Notes: generated by a model not told the origin, from the letters alone. Positions 24,394 through 39,735 are shown, counted from the first letter of the whole stretch. The stretch: 59,082 nucleotides of DNA, filler included, from Platydemus manokwari (GCA_037951405.1; 5 parts of 5 records of this genome joined end to end with filler, not necessarily neighbours in it), one strand, 5' to 3'. Made by a program: numbers and translations.

Positions 24394-26240
24394 TATGAAA
24401 CATCTCTTACCACACTTGCAAACCTCAATATTTCAGATAACTGTAAAAGCGTGGATTAATTCTTATAATATTTTTAAACTCTATTCACCGACTCTTCAAT
24501 GACGCTTAAGCTTTCAACTTTTCTTGTAGATGTAATCCATATTCCATCAGTCATGTTCCTTCTTTAGTTTCACTACTTTATAAGCATAAAATAACTTTAT
24601 ACATTCACATTACCGAATGGTCATTCCATCTTAGCCACTCAATTAACCACTCCGCAAAAAACAGCGCTTGCTTTTTCATCTTTACCGGAATTTTTAAATC
24701 ATCTTTGCTAATTTAATTTGTACGTAAATTTGTTTCTCACTGTCTTGAGGAATTTATTTACCAATCTAATAGTGATCATTGTGTAACTCTTTTATACATA
24801 TATGATGCTAAAACACTCAAGTGTTACTTAGGATTTCCTGGACTCTGAAAGTATCCGTTGTCTTTGCATATCCATGTATTATCATAACCGGTAACATCCT
24901 CTCATCCCATTCCTTGTAATATGTATGAATATTGGTTTATGATTCTAAATTTGGATCCTTATGAAGTCTCCCTTGACCGCATCTATCGCTTCGCAATGTG
25001 GTTTGTACTCATCGATTTATTATAACTGATGTCTTATTCTTCAAATCACTTTTTTTCATACACCAGCATGAAATTATTCATAGTCTTTACCAAAATGTTA
25101 TTTTGATGAAACATCTTTTCCCTTCCTATCGGGGTTTTTCTTAGGCCTTTCTTACTCTTAGGCTCACGTAGTTGACATCTAAATCTATAGTTCAAGCTTA
25201 ACGGCTTTTATTTCTTTCTTTTTCTGGTAGATACAATCCTTTAAGCTACTAATGAGTTTATTCATCTTCTCTTTCTTTTCTTTAGCTTTAACTTACAATG
25301 GTTATGATATTTCTTTATTTTATAAAAGCGTCATCAAAATCATTTTATCATAGATCTTCATTTTTATCATTCATTTAATTGCCTTTGAGTCTTTATCATT
25401 TCATAGTTTCATGGTTACCATACAATGCTCTCTTACCTATTCTTTCCATTAATCTAACTTAGACTGGTTTATCTTCCTCTATTCCTATCTTAGTAGTACT
25501 ATCGTCGCGAATCTGCTGTATTATTTTGTCATCTGTAAGGATTGTGACCTCTATCATTTTATACTATGAACCTGTGCATCAATCCTATCATATTCTTGAC
25601 TACTCAGGAATTCTTCTTTGTTCATTTCATTACTGTTCGTCTCAATCACCCTCGTCTCTGTCTTTTCATCAGTATTTTAACCCTCAATCTATTTTGTTCA
25701 TGTTCGGCTTATCCTAATCTCTTTCAATAACATCTTCCCTTGGACTCTTCTTCAGAATCATACACACCTGGCTTATCTTCATCACCAACTCGTTAATGTC
25801 TATAAAATCTGCAGCCATAATGAGTGCTTTCTGTCTTTAAATTGAGAATTGACTTTGTCTGGTTTGATTTCTAGTTAAAGAAAAGGTCATATTTCACCTT
25901 ATTTATTTATGTCTTTTTCTGAAATCTTGAGTGTGAGCTCTTTCCAGGTCATCGGGTATTATTATTATTTTATCTTTAATTGCATCCTTCAACTGCAAAT
26001 AAATCACCTATTTTCATTCTCGTAATAGTTTATTGTGCACTTCTAACTTATATCATCTCAGATGGAACGATAATTTTCCAATCTATATACATTTATATAC
26101 TGTTAGGTCTTTCATAATTGTCAAAATAATTTACAAATTCCTACTGCTATCCAATATACTACAGCATGGGTCATGTAAAATTTATTTAGTCAATTACCAC
26201 AACTTCTTGATTGCCCATTTTGTTTTTGCTTAGAATATCT
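24394..26240 (-). mobile_element. Decayed Ty3/gypsy gag-pol remnant
   Basis: Frameshifted RT-like segment resembling EW-RMPFG at about 24610-24690; lysine-rich gag-like sequence at 25200-26000. No intact ORF. Confidence 0.5.
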
Positions 26241-28699
26241 TTATTTCTCAACCTAAACAAAATTTACAAATTCATAACACCTGTGAGGATTTTAAAAATA
26301 ATTAAAATTTTAAGGATTTAATTCTATAAAAATATTACTTTGTTCAAATAATTAAGTTAAATAGAATTTTATATTTCATGACTTTTCAGTTCGATTTCAG
26401 TGCGCACTTGACAAAATAAGAGCAGCTTACATGGTGAACGCGCTTTTGGATTCGATTGGGTGAAGATCAATGACTGAAAATTATAATAGAGAATCAAGAT
26501 ATAAAGAATATATAAAGAAGATTAAGAGAAGATATAAAGAAAATATAAGTATAGAAGAAATAGAGATTTTATATAGATAAATATCTAAAGAATTTGATAC
26601 AGATGTAAGTTTTTAGAGCATGCTTTGTAGAATAGTAGCAGCTTATACCTCCCATGCTTTATTTTAATTAATTAAAAACGCATTGATGATTAAATCATCG
26701 AAATATCTCAAACTTTATTGAATGAAAAATTTCATAACTTAGGCCTCGGTATAGACACAAAATTGTGTCTTGCATTTCCTAATAATTCAAAGATGAATTC
26801 ATATTATTTTAAATTCTCCAAAGTAAAAATAAACAAACTTCACACAAAAAATACTTTCATATATCCAAATCACAATTACATAAATTCCCGGGTTTCCTAA
26901 AATCACAAAATATTTCTGGATCTGTTAAAACTTTCTGTTATGGATTTTAGAATATATAGATACTGATATGATTAACAAAATTAACTTTCCACAATATTCA
27001 TTGAATTCGACCAACCATTTATTCAATATCTTTTAATTTTGACCAATGATTTATCACTTTGATAATTTACCCACAACATCCTTTTCTTTCATTCAAAGAT
27101 CAATTTTCCTCAATATTTTTTCTACAATTTCAAGATCAGTTTGCTCAAACAATATAATCGTTACTACGCTCGATCAACTGGGTTTTTGGTTTCGTGAATT
27201 TCGAACTAATTGACTGCACGTTGACATCTATTTTTGCTGCCAATTCACTGAGAATATTTATTTAAATTTTCTTAAATGTTCGTTAATTAAATTACTGTTT
27301 TAAATTACTGTCGCTTAAACTTGGAATTAGGTCTACTTTTCAGTTAATTAGTAAGTTCAAATTTTATTGATTAATATTTGCATTTTTATTTTGACATATT
27401 AATTTATTATTTTAAAATATCAAGAAGATTCTATTCCTAATTAAATTAGATTTCAACGCGTAAATCATATCATTTGAATTTCTAATGAATCTTCATTGTT
27501 TCAACTTCACAATGGACTCCTGGAACTAATTTACCCCAATAAAATATTACAATAATCCTTTTGCTTATTTTTAAAAATTTATATATTTAGAAACATGAAA
27601 TATGTACAGATTCAACGAGCTATTTGTTTATTACTGTTTGTATACAGGAAATTTTAGGTTTTTGTTGGAGTTGTGCCGATAAAAAGCTATTTCTTATTCT
27701 TACTACGTTGGGCTGTAATTTGTTTTGGTGACATCCAAGTTCACTTTTCGACACAGTAATGAAATTGTAACGTTTTTGTAGTGGTTATATGTTAGAATTG
27801 GATTAATAGACTATATCTAACTTAATTTGATTATAATATTTTGGAGATAGTGTAAACTCTTATTAAGAATGAACACGGGTGACTTATCATTGACGATACA
27901 CTATTCATATTTATGTATTAATTCGTTGTGATTTTATTACGGAATTTAGAAGATCTCGTATAAATATAAAGATTCTTGTACGTGTTTCAAAAATTCATAA
28001 TCAAATATAGCGAAAATTATTGAATAAAAAGGATATAGTTTTAGTAAAATCTTCAATGATAATGATCTCTTCAATGTTTAATAAACACTATTTCTAAGTT
28101 TGAAGAAAATGTGAAATAAATTTGATGAAAAATTGAGTTAAAAATTGATTTCAGAATTTATCTTATGACTTTGGAATTTTCAAACATCTTATGAACTTTT
28201 GAATTCCACATATTCCACCAAGCCATAATGATATTTCATTTATCGCTCCTGATCAATCAAAACAATGAATTGATTTCATAAATTTAACTTTTTACCGTGT
28301 ATTGCGTACGTTCTGGTTACGAGTTTCATTTATAATTCTATATGAACTCGTTGAAATGTATTGTTTTGATTACTACTCTTGCCTTATCAGTCTCTCTGAA
28401 TTATTTTACATGATCCAGGTTTATTAACCTTAATTTGCTGTTCATTCACCTCGACGCTCTACATGTAATGTGATGATTATGGAATCTTCAAAAGTAGTAT
28501 TACAGTTTAAATTCTATTTTTCACCTGAATTCCTATTTAACTCTTATCACCACTATAAAATATGGTGGCTATAGGTGGTGACTATAAAATGTGATGATTT
28601 ATTATTATGAAATGATCTGAATTCAAATAATATGATACCATTCAACTGTTTATCAACGACAAAAGCTATGTTTTCAGAATAATGTAGTTTATTATTAGA

Positions 28700-29600
28700 A
28701 AACGATGAACAAAATACATTAAATAAAACAAGATTTTAATATAAACTATCACATTTCTACAATAATAAGTAAAATGCTCCACAAAGAAATATTTATCAGA
28801 GAAGTTTGGTGATTTATAACCCCTTCGTCGTATTGGGAAACAATCAAAACAAGAAGGAACTCAATTCGGTAATCATGAATATGTAAATAACGGTATATAA
28901 CTATATTGATTTCACAGAAATCTATGTTTACCTTGTCGTTTGGTATTGATTTTTCCAATGTATTAATATTGCCATAAAACAAGTCACAATTAACAACACT
29001 TGGCAATCTTCTAATAGCTTGTCTTGGATAGAAATGAGTTTTATTTTAGAAAAAGAAATTTCTACTGGTTTAGTGGTTTCTTAAAACTCTATTGATTGAA
29101 GTTTTAGATCTCTTTTATACCTTTTTGGTTATGATTTATTATAATCGTCGAACTATTGTTTTAGTCAAATGAAATAATTAATTTTTACTGAATTAATGAT
29201 GTTTTAGAATTAATATTTATGTTGCCAAAAGGTTATTGGAATTTCATTTTATATGCTTACATTTGATTCCGCATGAATTGTTATTATTTTTGCAGTAATT
29301 AATATCATTCCAACATTATTTAATCAACATGAAAATTCATCTTGCTTGGCTTATTTAACATTTTGTTTCACTTCATTTCTCCGGAGAAATATGACGTTTT
29401 ACAATATATCATTTAATCAACATTAAATTTATTTATGGCAGCTGTATTCTATTCAAGAATTTTTACTGGATGCATTACTTCATACAGAAAAGCACATTGG
29501 GCACATTTTTTACATTTACTATAATTACATCATTTCTTTCATTCATTTAGAATAATCAAGATTTTAGTAAATTTCCGACTTTATCAATTCATTTGTTGAA
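28700..29600 (-). pseudogene. Possible highly decayed TRAF relic
   Basis: KILIILNE*KK*CNYSKCKKC (about 29570-29490) resembles the RING of the TRAF at 4970. SC*LNNVG (about 29335) resembles CPYKMIGC. Weak MATH-like remnants at about 28800-28980. Confidence 0.3.
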
Positions 29601-31279
29601 ATCATCGTTTTCTTAATGTTATGATATTCGAAACTAATTTCATTCGTGTAACATATGTATTCTCAAATCAAGAAAACTGAATAACTTTCTTTGTGAAAAA
29701 ACATTGGAAATTTAAGATATTTTCTGTGAAAATCTACATATTCACAAGACGTCAGTTCGACCGTTGAGTAAAGATAACTTTTTCATTCTTCAAAATATTT
29801 GAATCCCAAGACAATAACCCGTTTTTAAAAATGATATGATTTGTTTTGTCCATCAACATTTCAATATTACTACGCTTTAGAGATTATATAATTTTTAGCA
29901 GCATGTTTTAGCACTACAATCCGTTGATCTACAAATTTCACTTACTAAAGCTAATTAATTAAAGTTATAGCTGGAAAATTTTTTCCTTTTTGACTGAGCC
30001 GTGTTCAGTTATTAATACAAAGCCCAAACTTTAAATATTTCGAAAAACAATCTTTAAAGTTGAAATTCCATCAATTTGCAAGAATGTGAAAAACCAATAA
30101 AAACCAAAAAACAAATTTACTCGACCTTAACTTAGAAAAATCTAAAAATGTCTTTAGAATTCTAAAACAATATCGATTTTTATCATAAATTAATAGAAAA
30201 GTCGATTTGGTTTAATGGTTTTAAAAATATTATTTTATTATCTTACTTTATCTATTAATAAGTAAAGTGTAGAATCGGTATTATTCAATTGTTATTCACA
30301 GTTCAGTGAACAAATTTCCGATGAAGATTCAGTGTGTTGGATTTAATATGATAAGATCAGACAAGAACTGAAAATTGTTTGTAAATACCGAAAAATAGCT
30401 TCTGTAATTGTCTATTTGACTAATTCAATTCTAGAGGAATATTCTAACAACATTGTCAATTAGTGAAGTAGTTTTACAAAGCAAAACAATTGTAGAGATT
30501 CTTATGGCACCTGTTAAAAATGTTGTCGAAACAAGACACGCTATGATGAATGCTCAAAAAGATATTGGTAGGCTTAATTTTTTTTTACAATTATCATGAG
30601 CTATTGATAATGATGTAGGTGGCTGTTGTGCGAAGATCTTAATCGAAAAATATGATTTTTCAAATTTAAATCTCATATTTATAACATTAATCGCCAATGA
30701 TTGTAAAAATACATCGTTATAATTTTAGTAAGCCTCTTATATCATTATAAACTTTGGCGATATTATGATAGATAGATAAATTAAAATTCTTACAATATAG
30801 GAATTAAACGATGATCTTATCTATACATCTTCCACCAATATAATATTGAATTAATTGATAAACTAATCTTTAATTTATAAGTACAGAATTTGTGGCAAAT
30901 AAGCAAACACAAATGACCACGTTTTCCTACACTGAATTTCTTGGAGTATATTTAGGTAACTATTTATGTACAAAGAATTCCTTTATAATGTCTTTTATCT
31001 GGTACACAAATTCTGAATGTCATTGATTAATTTATTAAGAATTCAACTGTTCTCATAATGACTGGATAATAAGAGTTGAATGAGAACAAATAGAATTCAA
31101 TCAGAAGATACAATTCCATAGATCTTTACATTATAACTGTTTTTTTTCTTTTTAAAGGGAAAATCATCAAATCGAAAACTTCCCTATAATTAGAAAAATA
31201 ATTTTTTGATCAATTTGGATTTAATTAACTGAAAATTTTGAAGTCTTTTTTGCATAGGGCTATTCCAAAAGTACGAAAT

Positions 31280-32340
31280 TTGATGGAAGTTTAACAACTT
31301 TTCATCGATGTTTCTTCTTATGTTTCTTCAAAGATTTTATGTAAGACGATTCTCATCAAAAATTCACTCTATTTCAATTGGTAAAAATTCCTACAAATTC
31401 TTATTGATTATACTTCTATATTTTCAGATAAATATGGTCATCATAGATAAAAGAGCTCTGAAAACGAGAGTCAGGGAAAGCAAGAACATGCTATATTGAA
31501 CGATCTTTGAACAAATTACCCAAAGAAAAGATAATTATTAGAGAAGCACTCACCTCTGAGGTTGTGCAAAGGTCAACAAAGGGAACTGTCTTAAGCCTGC
31601 GGAAGCTTTTTCTCCAATAATTACCTTTATTCTACAAAGTCCAACGAGGTCTTCCTAGTATCTCCAAAGATTATAGTAGACATTCAATTGCTCACGGACT
31701 CTACACGCTAACTAACAGATTCTACTTAGTAAAAGAAATTACCATAGAATAATTATGAAAATTCGACATGATTTATAGTCACTCTTGGTCTTTGGAAGAT
31801 GTTCTTGTCTAGATCTACTCTTACATAAAAGGAATATACATAAATAAGACATGCTGGGGTAAATTTTGGAAACCATTAATCATGCAATCAAAAAACTTGG
31901 AACTATATTTAGCTGGGTTGAGAATTTGTGTTTAAAGTGTGTCAATATATTGACCATCTGGACAAGTATTTTGTCAAAAATGTAACAATGAGTCATCGGA
32001 AGATTAGAGAAATTCTTAAACTTTTATGATAATGTTCCATGAGAACGTATATTCAAGTTGATTTCCAATTTCAAGTATCTTCAATGGGGATATTAAGTGC
32101 CCAGTGTGTTACTTTCGAGATAAAATTAGCTGATTTTTATTTCTTTTACATTCTTATTTGTTACAAAATACTGACACTGTTCACGACTGATATCAACCTC
32201 TAGCGTCCTAACCCACGAGGAGTAATGAACTTTATTATGTAATTTTCTCTTTATTCGCCTCGATCCTTCTATCGTTCTTATGAAAACGTGATGAATGGTG
32301 TTGGACAACGAATTGGGAGAAAAGCCTTTTATCAAGATTA
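31280..32340 (+). mobile_element. Decayed gypsy RNase H/integrase remnant
   Basis: Broken motifs resembling the integrase zinc finger (KVCQ, about 31935) and PWERI-VDF (about 32035-32065). Confidence 0.5.
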
Positions 32341-35300
32341 GCTAAGTCAGATAAATAGGAATGTGTAACTATATATGCATGTATGTTTTTACCATAATAT
32401 ATATATATATATTACTTCTACCAACAGTTTTAATGAATGGTTGAATATAGTAACTTCTTTTTGACTTTGAAAAGAATTCGTCTTTGGCACAGTTGAGCAA
32501 TTGGTTTTCTTTGAAATTAATTTGCTTTTCTAGGCATATCGATCAGAAGAATATTTATATTTAAGAAACTCATTTATATCTTTACACGTCGCTCGGGTTT
32601 AATTTTTTATTTTTTTTGATTATATGGGTTTCATTGTTCGGAATCTTATTTAGTCAATATATTTTATATAAAGGGTTTTTTATATTGCTGAGTTTTTTCT
32701 TTATAGTATTAAATGAATTGTTAAAAATTGAATGAGTTGTATTTTTTTATATTCTGTTTCTTTTTACACTCATACTGATATATGGATTCAAAGAGTAAAA
32801 TTGAGTCAGTATGCGGGTTTTATTATTTCCTATGAAATTTTAATGCAGGCTTTATTAAATTAAATGAAGGTTTAGTATTTGATGAATTTTCTTATTAATT
32901 CGAGTTTATTAACCTTGTTATTTGTATTAAATTACTTTTTAAATAACATTGAATAACTTCACTTCCACGAATAAAAGATTAAATTGAAAGATTAAAAATT
33001 ATATTGCATATTCTTGAACGGATATTGATAAAAACTACATATTCAACTCTTATAAAATGATCATGGTAAAGTCTCATATGATCATCAAACATTTCATTGC
33101 TTTTAACCTTGAAACTCCAAACCCCAACAAATGAACGAGCATGAAAGATACATGAGGCACTTGGACTGTCAGCTAAATAGACCAGGACCGATTGTACGGT
33201 AGAGTTATTCACTTTTATTGCTGATACATTCGGATAGTGGAGTACGTGATAAATAATTCTATTTTTAGGGAAAATATGGTCCAGTCAGAAAAAAACTAAA
33301 TCAAACATCGATCGAATGTACAACAATTAACCTAAGAAAAGTATCCAATGATATGAATTCTATCTTGTAAGAAGATGTTCAAGAAGTAATGTGTTCCATC
33401 AAAATCCAATTCCGGCAAAGACTTCAACTATAGCTAACATTAGATATTCAAAACATAGCCTAATAATAAAAATTAAATAAATAAATAAACTCAAATGTAG
33501 TAAACAGGAATAATCAAAACTGAAAATAGAATTGAAAATTACTAGTAATAAATAATAATTAATAAGAAACAGTAATAACAAAGCGAAAATAAATAACAAC
33601 GAAGAAAATGCAAAAACACCAGCTATTTTGTTACAAGAAAAATCATATTCCAAGTAGTAGAATACGTGACATTATTGAATAGATGAGATTTAATTATTCT
33701 ATAACAGAAATTAAAGCTTGATAGATTAGCCACCCCGACCATAATCTTATAATTGACTTTTAATTACAATCAATTCTTTGTTAGATTAAATTATATTTTA
33801 TTTTTTATGTAAGAGAGGATAAGGATTTAATTGAACTGTGATGGTAAATGAAATAATATAAAGAAAAATAAAGCATTAAGAAATAATTAATAAGATAATT
33901 AATAAATATAATATGAAATAAAAAAGATTCTATAACAATAAAAAATCCAAAATATTTGCATAATCAAAAATCGACAAATATGACCGCCCGAGCAGCCCAA
34001 GCATTGAAAAGGGTATAAATATTAGCCTGAAAGTCAACTGAAAAAAAAACCACAACCACAGAGAAATACACAACAACAAGCCACAAGTCGGCAGTCTAAA
34101 CCTTCAATCACTGAAAAAATAATCGCACGTCGAAACTTCATTAATGTAACCGAGAGTTGCACTAGATCGACTTTCAGAATAAGAAAATTATCGATTGACC
34201 GTGAACAGAAATTTCATCACTTATTGCAGATATTTTTAAGTTGATTCGTCCTTTGGATTTCTATTGAGCAGAGTAAGATTTGTAGCCATTAATAGTAATT
34301 AATTTCATTTAATTGATATTCATATATTCACAAAAATAACTTAATTTAGTGATATTGCAATGCAATATTATTTTTCTGCTATCTTCTCCATGAGCTTTGA
34401 ACTTCCAATAATCCACTTGCTCATTATCAGAAAACGTTTTGGTGTTTTGTTGTGAATTTTAAATTTGTAATTTTTAGATTATTCTTAAATATAAATTATA
34501 TCGTTACAATAGTTTTTCTTAGAAACTATTACATTTTATAATCGTGTCAACCGAGTAGTTATAGCAGTTATTATTTGAGAATTAAATTGAACTCTTATTG
34601 TTAATTAAATTAGTTCATTTCTTAACATAGCCTGATATCACGTAGTGCTCAACTATAAATTTATAAATTAAAGGGACCTTCAGATAATCAGTTACCCAAA
34701 TTATAGTCTTCATACTCACCACTATCAAAGCTCCTTATAGATCCAGATCAGCTAATATGAACCAAATAAATTAAACGAAAATTTCATAAACTTTAACACT
34801 ATTTTCAATGTGAGAAGCTAATTTAGGGTTTTTGGGAATATATTCGCAAAAGTCATTAGGACACCTCAAACTTATCATTGTTACAGACAAACTAGAACCC
34901 GTATGTAGTGAAATTGATAAAATTTAAAACAAATATTGATTACTTGTTATTCAATCATGTCTATTGCTATGGTATTTTTTTTGTAATTGAAATAGTAATT
35001 CTACTTGATTCATTATGGTTAATCATTTTATAATAATCAATTATATTTTATTGAATTATCGAATTATCTATAAATATACTTATAATTTGATAATAAAAAT
35101 TCGTATCGTAGTTTTACACCAATCTTTGGACTCGGATTAAATTTAAAATTATCTATTGAAATAACGATACATTTTAATAAAACGTAACATTATTTAGAAT
35201 CAGGTGAGTGAATTGATGGATTTCTTAAGATACCAAGTTGTAGGGTTTGATCACATTTGTAGGTAAATCCGTTTAATTTAGTACTCAGTCTAGGTATGAA

Positions 35301-35897
35301 TCCCCCAGAGGAATCAATCAATGGTAACTTAGTTTCTTACTGCTACCAAATCCAACCGCAACCTAAATACAATGTAATTTATTCTCATATATAAACACAT
35401 CATATAATCCCAGCATTCGATTAATATTAATAGTGCATTCGATTTTGTCTAAAGGATTAATTATTTCTTTGTTTAGTCATTGACTGGATCATTTTTAGGC
35501 TTTCATGAGTATGCGTATGCATTTCTTGATGTCTAATTAAGTATTTATCTTTAATTAGATTTTCTCTGTTTGTGTATGTCTGGGGCTTGAAGCTCAAAAG
35601 GAAACTCAAACGAGTACGAATCAAAGTTTTATTTTCATAAGCTCATCACTAAACATTTATATTATATGATTAGTTTTCAAAATGTATGATTAATAAAAGA
35701 TATTTTCAAGATATATTTTTAGATTATATTCAAGTTTTCATTGATAAAACGTTGATTTATCCAAGCTTTTTTTGCTATTGAAAAAACTTATTTGAAAAAA
35801 TTCTTAACTTTACATGGAAAATATGTCATATCTCCTGAGATTGCTATTTATTTTCAGAAAAAGTGATATATGCTATAAATGCGTTATCCTAATAATT

Positions 35898-35997
35898 NNN
35901 NNNNNNNNNNNNNNNNNNNNNNNNNNNNNNNNNNNNNNNNNTTAATTAATTAANNNNNNNNNNNNNNNNNNNNNNNNNNNNNNNNNNNNNNNNNNNN
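35898..35997. other. Artificial contig-joining spacer
   Basis: N44-TTAATTAATTAA-N44. Confidence 0.97.
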
Positions 35998-36050
35998 ATT
36001 ATTGCTTATTATCGTTATTGTTATTATTAAAATTTCTCTTATTGCTAGAG

Positions 36051-36085
<35 letters not shown>

Positions 36086-36223
36086 ATTATATTTATTACT
36101 ATTATTATCACTAGTGTTTATATTTTATTATTATTGGAATTATTAACACAACTTGGATTATGATTATCATTATTTATGAGCCATTCAATTTAAATTATAT
36201 TATATTAATAAGATTATACATAG

Positions 36224-37853
36224 TCATGGCCGGAGGATGCTCTTCAAATGGTAGCAAACAAATCCCTCGATGAAGTGGAAATAAAACAAGAAATACGAGA
36301 AAAGGTTGTGATAATGTGTCAACATTTCCATCAATCTGTCAGTGAATTATCGAAAAAGTTTTACGAAACAATGGGTCGAATCAATTATGTGACACCGACA
36401 TCATATTTAGAATTGATAAAAACATTTAAGAACTTATTAACCAAAAAACAAATGGAAATCATAACATCCAAAGATCGGTATACGGTTGGGCTTGAAAAAC
36501 TCGAATTTTCCAATAATCAGGTGGAATTAAACATTGTGAAATTGAAACTTTTATTTTGTTGTTTTTTGCAAATCCACAGATCAGTCTAATGCAAGTTGAG
36601 CTGCAAGCATTACAGCCACAACTCATTGAAACGTCAAAGGAAACGGAAAAATTGATTAAAATTATAGAAACAGAAACGATTGAAGTGGAACGCGTGAGAA
36701 AAATTGTCAAAGAAGAAGAAGCTACATGTTTGGTAAAAGCTGGTGAAGCCAAATCGATAAAGGTGTGACAGGAAATTATATTTACAAATCAGTGTTTTCT
36801 AAATGAAAACGTGTTTAGGATGAATGCGAAGAAAAATTAGCTGAAGCAATGCCGGCAATGAACGCAGCAGTTGATGCTCTTGATACTCTCAAACAGAATG
36901 ACATAACAATTGTTAAGACCATGCAAAATCCTCCAGATGGAGTAAAGCTAGTTATGGAAACCGTGTGCATTCTGAAGGTAATTTTTATTTTAATTTTTTA
37001 GGTAACCAAATTTGTGCCTTGTTGTTTTCGAGTTTTACTATTATCAAACAAATGTTCATCAAATACTCGGTGTTTATTATTCACTATAATAATAACATCT
37101 GTTATATAATCTGCCTATGAGTATAGGCAGAATTTATAGTGCAGGAATAAAAAATTTGAATAAAACCAAACGTTGATTGTATTTTTATTTAATTCTGATT
37201 AGTGAATTAATTTAGTTTTTCTTTTCTTCGAAATAAATGGGTTGATGGGCCCACATCTCTAATTCCGACTATTTAAAATAAGTAAGAAAATAAAATATAA
37301 ATATAAAAATTTATTTCTTTTGAGAATTCTTGGTAATAATAATTGTATAAACTCAATTCAAAAATTCAAGACTCGATCATAATTAATATAAAAAGTTTTT
37401 GAACTACATTTTTAGATCATTAAACAAAATCAGACGAAATTGACAATTTATAAACGAATGAAAATACTACAAATTCCAGAGATAAGTACAGTTATTGTGT
37501 TAACTAATCAATTTGTTCGTCCAATTACAATGTAATGAAATAAACAGTAATTAAACTGAATTGTTATTTTAACTAGCAGTTGTGTAACTTAAGTCGAAAT
37601 ATCGATTTGAAAATAAAATATTTAGCCTTATGCTGAATAAAATTTATGTAAAATAATAATAGCAAATATAACCATAATAATTATTATTGTACTATGATTG
37701 TTAATATCATTACTATTTATTTATTATTGTTATTGTATTATATATTCTAATTATATTAAATATTCACATTGTTTCATGCAGGGATTAAAACCAGAGCGGA
37801 AACCCGATGCGTCTGGACGAACAATTGAAGATTATTGGCCAACTGCTAAAAAG
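36224..37853 (+). CDS. DNAH3: Axonemal inner-arm dynein heavy chain (DNAH3/7-like), four internal exons covering the AAA4 lid, stalk and microtubule-binding domain
   Basis: Exons 36224-36520, 36580-36762, 36819-36977 and 37782-37853. WPEDAL, NYVTPTSYLELI, RYTVGLEKL, LAEAMPA, MQNPPDGVKLVME and KPERKPD...IEDYW. Paralogue assignment is from recalled similarity only. Confidence 0.88.
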
Positions 37854-38636
37854 GTTTTTATGCAATATATTTTCAATAAATTTTCCGTAANNNNNNNNNN
37901 NNNNNNNNNNNNNNNNNNNNNNNNNNNNNNNNNNNNNNNNNNNNNNNNNNNNNNNNNNNNNNNNNNNNNNNNNNNNNNNNNNNNNNNNNNNNNNNNNNNN
38001 NNNNNNNNNNNNNNNNNNNNNNNNNNNNNNNNNNNNNNNNNNNNNNNNNNNNNNNNNNNNNNNNNNNNNNNNNNNNNNNNNNNNNNNNNNNNNNNNNNNN
38101 NNNNNNNNNNNNNNNNNNNNNNNNNNNNNNNNNNNNNNNNNNNNNNNNNNNNNNNNNNNNNNNNNNNNNNNNNNNNNNNNNNNNNNNNNNNNNNNNNNNN
38201 NCAATGTATGTGTGTGTCTAGTGTGTCTATGTAGGTGTGTAAATATGGTTACCAGACAACACAAATGCTAACTCTATCATTGAGATAGCAAATTATCATT
38301 GGATATTGATTTTAATTGGATCATTCCTGATTTTATTCTTGGTGATATTTATCGAGAATCAATTAATGGATTGAATGATTTCAAATGTTTTCAACTGATT
38401 ATCGAGTAAGCCAATGGACAATACGACAAAGAATAATCATTCATCTCTTGTGATTGTGTAATCAAACATGCAATCAATCCAGTTCTATCTGAATCAATCA
38501 TCCTGAAAACTGATCGTGATATTTTGATAATTATATCAATAATTTATTGATTATAAGCACTTAACGATTATTATTATTATTGGATCAATTTCAATATTTC
38601 ATCGATAAATCAAAAGCAAAATATCATTTTACCAAC

Positions 38637-39735
38637 CTGCATAATTTTCAAGTTGCTTTCATCCTTATCGAGATCACGTTTTTTGTACAATGTGATCAAT
38701 AAAGGCTCATTCTTCTGACCAAATACCAATTGAAAGAATCGCTTCAATCGCATTTCCAATCCGGGAACCCAGCTACTGTGAAACAGTTCCGAAAACGATG
38801 GATGTTCTTGAGGATTTGTCACGTACGGTAATGCATAATATTGAACGAATTCTTGATTTGTGCTAACTTTACGGCCTCTTGTTTCGAGATATTCTCGAAA
38901 GCCCTGCATAGCTAGAGCTTCAGCATCTTTGTCCTAAAAGTGATTTTGAAATTATAATTGAAACACTGTATTTAAAATTTCTTTAAATTAAACAATTTTT
39001 ATTTGCTACTCAATATATATTACCAGATTCTAAATATTATTTTGTAAAAAGTGCAATTTAGCTACTTACTATTTTAAATAGTATTTAAAAATAAAATTTT
39101 AATCTGTAACTAAGGAACCAATTTTTTTGGTATCCAGTAACAAACTATAAAAAAACAAATATGAATTCACTTTGAATGATCTTGAAACAAATGATATTGA
39201 TAATCATCAGAATCATATAGATTTCAAGTGAAAATAATAATTTATTTAACAGGATTGTTTTGACAAAAACATTTCATTGTACATTCAGAAATCCAGAGAA
39301 AAAAATCAATTTTATTATTTATTTTAAAGAAATTTTTCTTAAACAAACCTGAACGTTGTGTTTGATTGTATAGATTGCAAAATATACTTGACAATAGAAC
39401 TCCAATTTTTGACAAACAGAATCTTCATTTCGCAATTTTGTAGATAATTTTGTATTCCACAGTTCAAAAAATTCCCTTTTATTACCAAGTTGAAAAGCAT
39501 TAAAGAATTGATTTTGCAATTCATTGCCTTCTATAAATGAAATTGTATTTTCTGATTTCGGTGTCGGCTTTCCTTTATCGGTGAGTTCATTGATAAAACT
39601 AATTTTTGTACTACCTAAATTACAGTAGTCCAAGTACTATAGTAACATTGAATAAAGTTCTAGAAATAAATTAATAACCTCAATGATAATTTCATTTAAA
39701 TCAGCTTCAAAATTAGAAGTAATTTCTCCTGCCAT
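38637..39735 (-). CDS. ARMC9: LisH/armadillo ciliary protein ARMC9, first three exons
   Basis: Exons 39735-39679 (MAGEITSNFEADLNEIIIE), 39636-39349 (YLDY...FFELW...QKLEFYCQVYFAIY) and 38933-38637 (FREYLETRG...EFVQYYALPYVTNPQEHPSFSELF). These match the conserved ARMC9 N-terminus. Confidence 0.9.
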
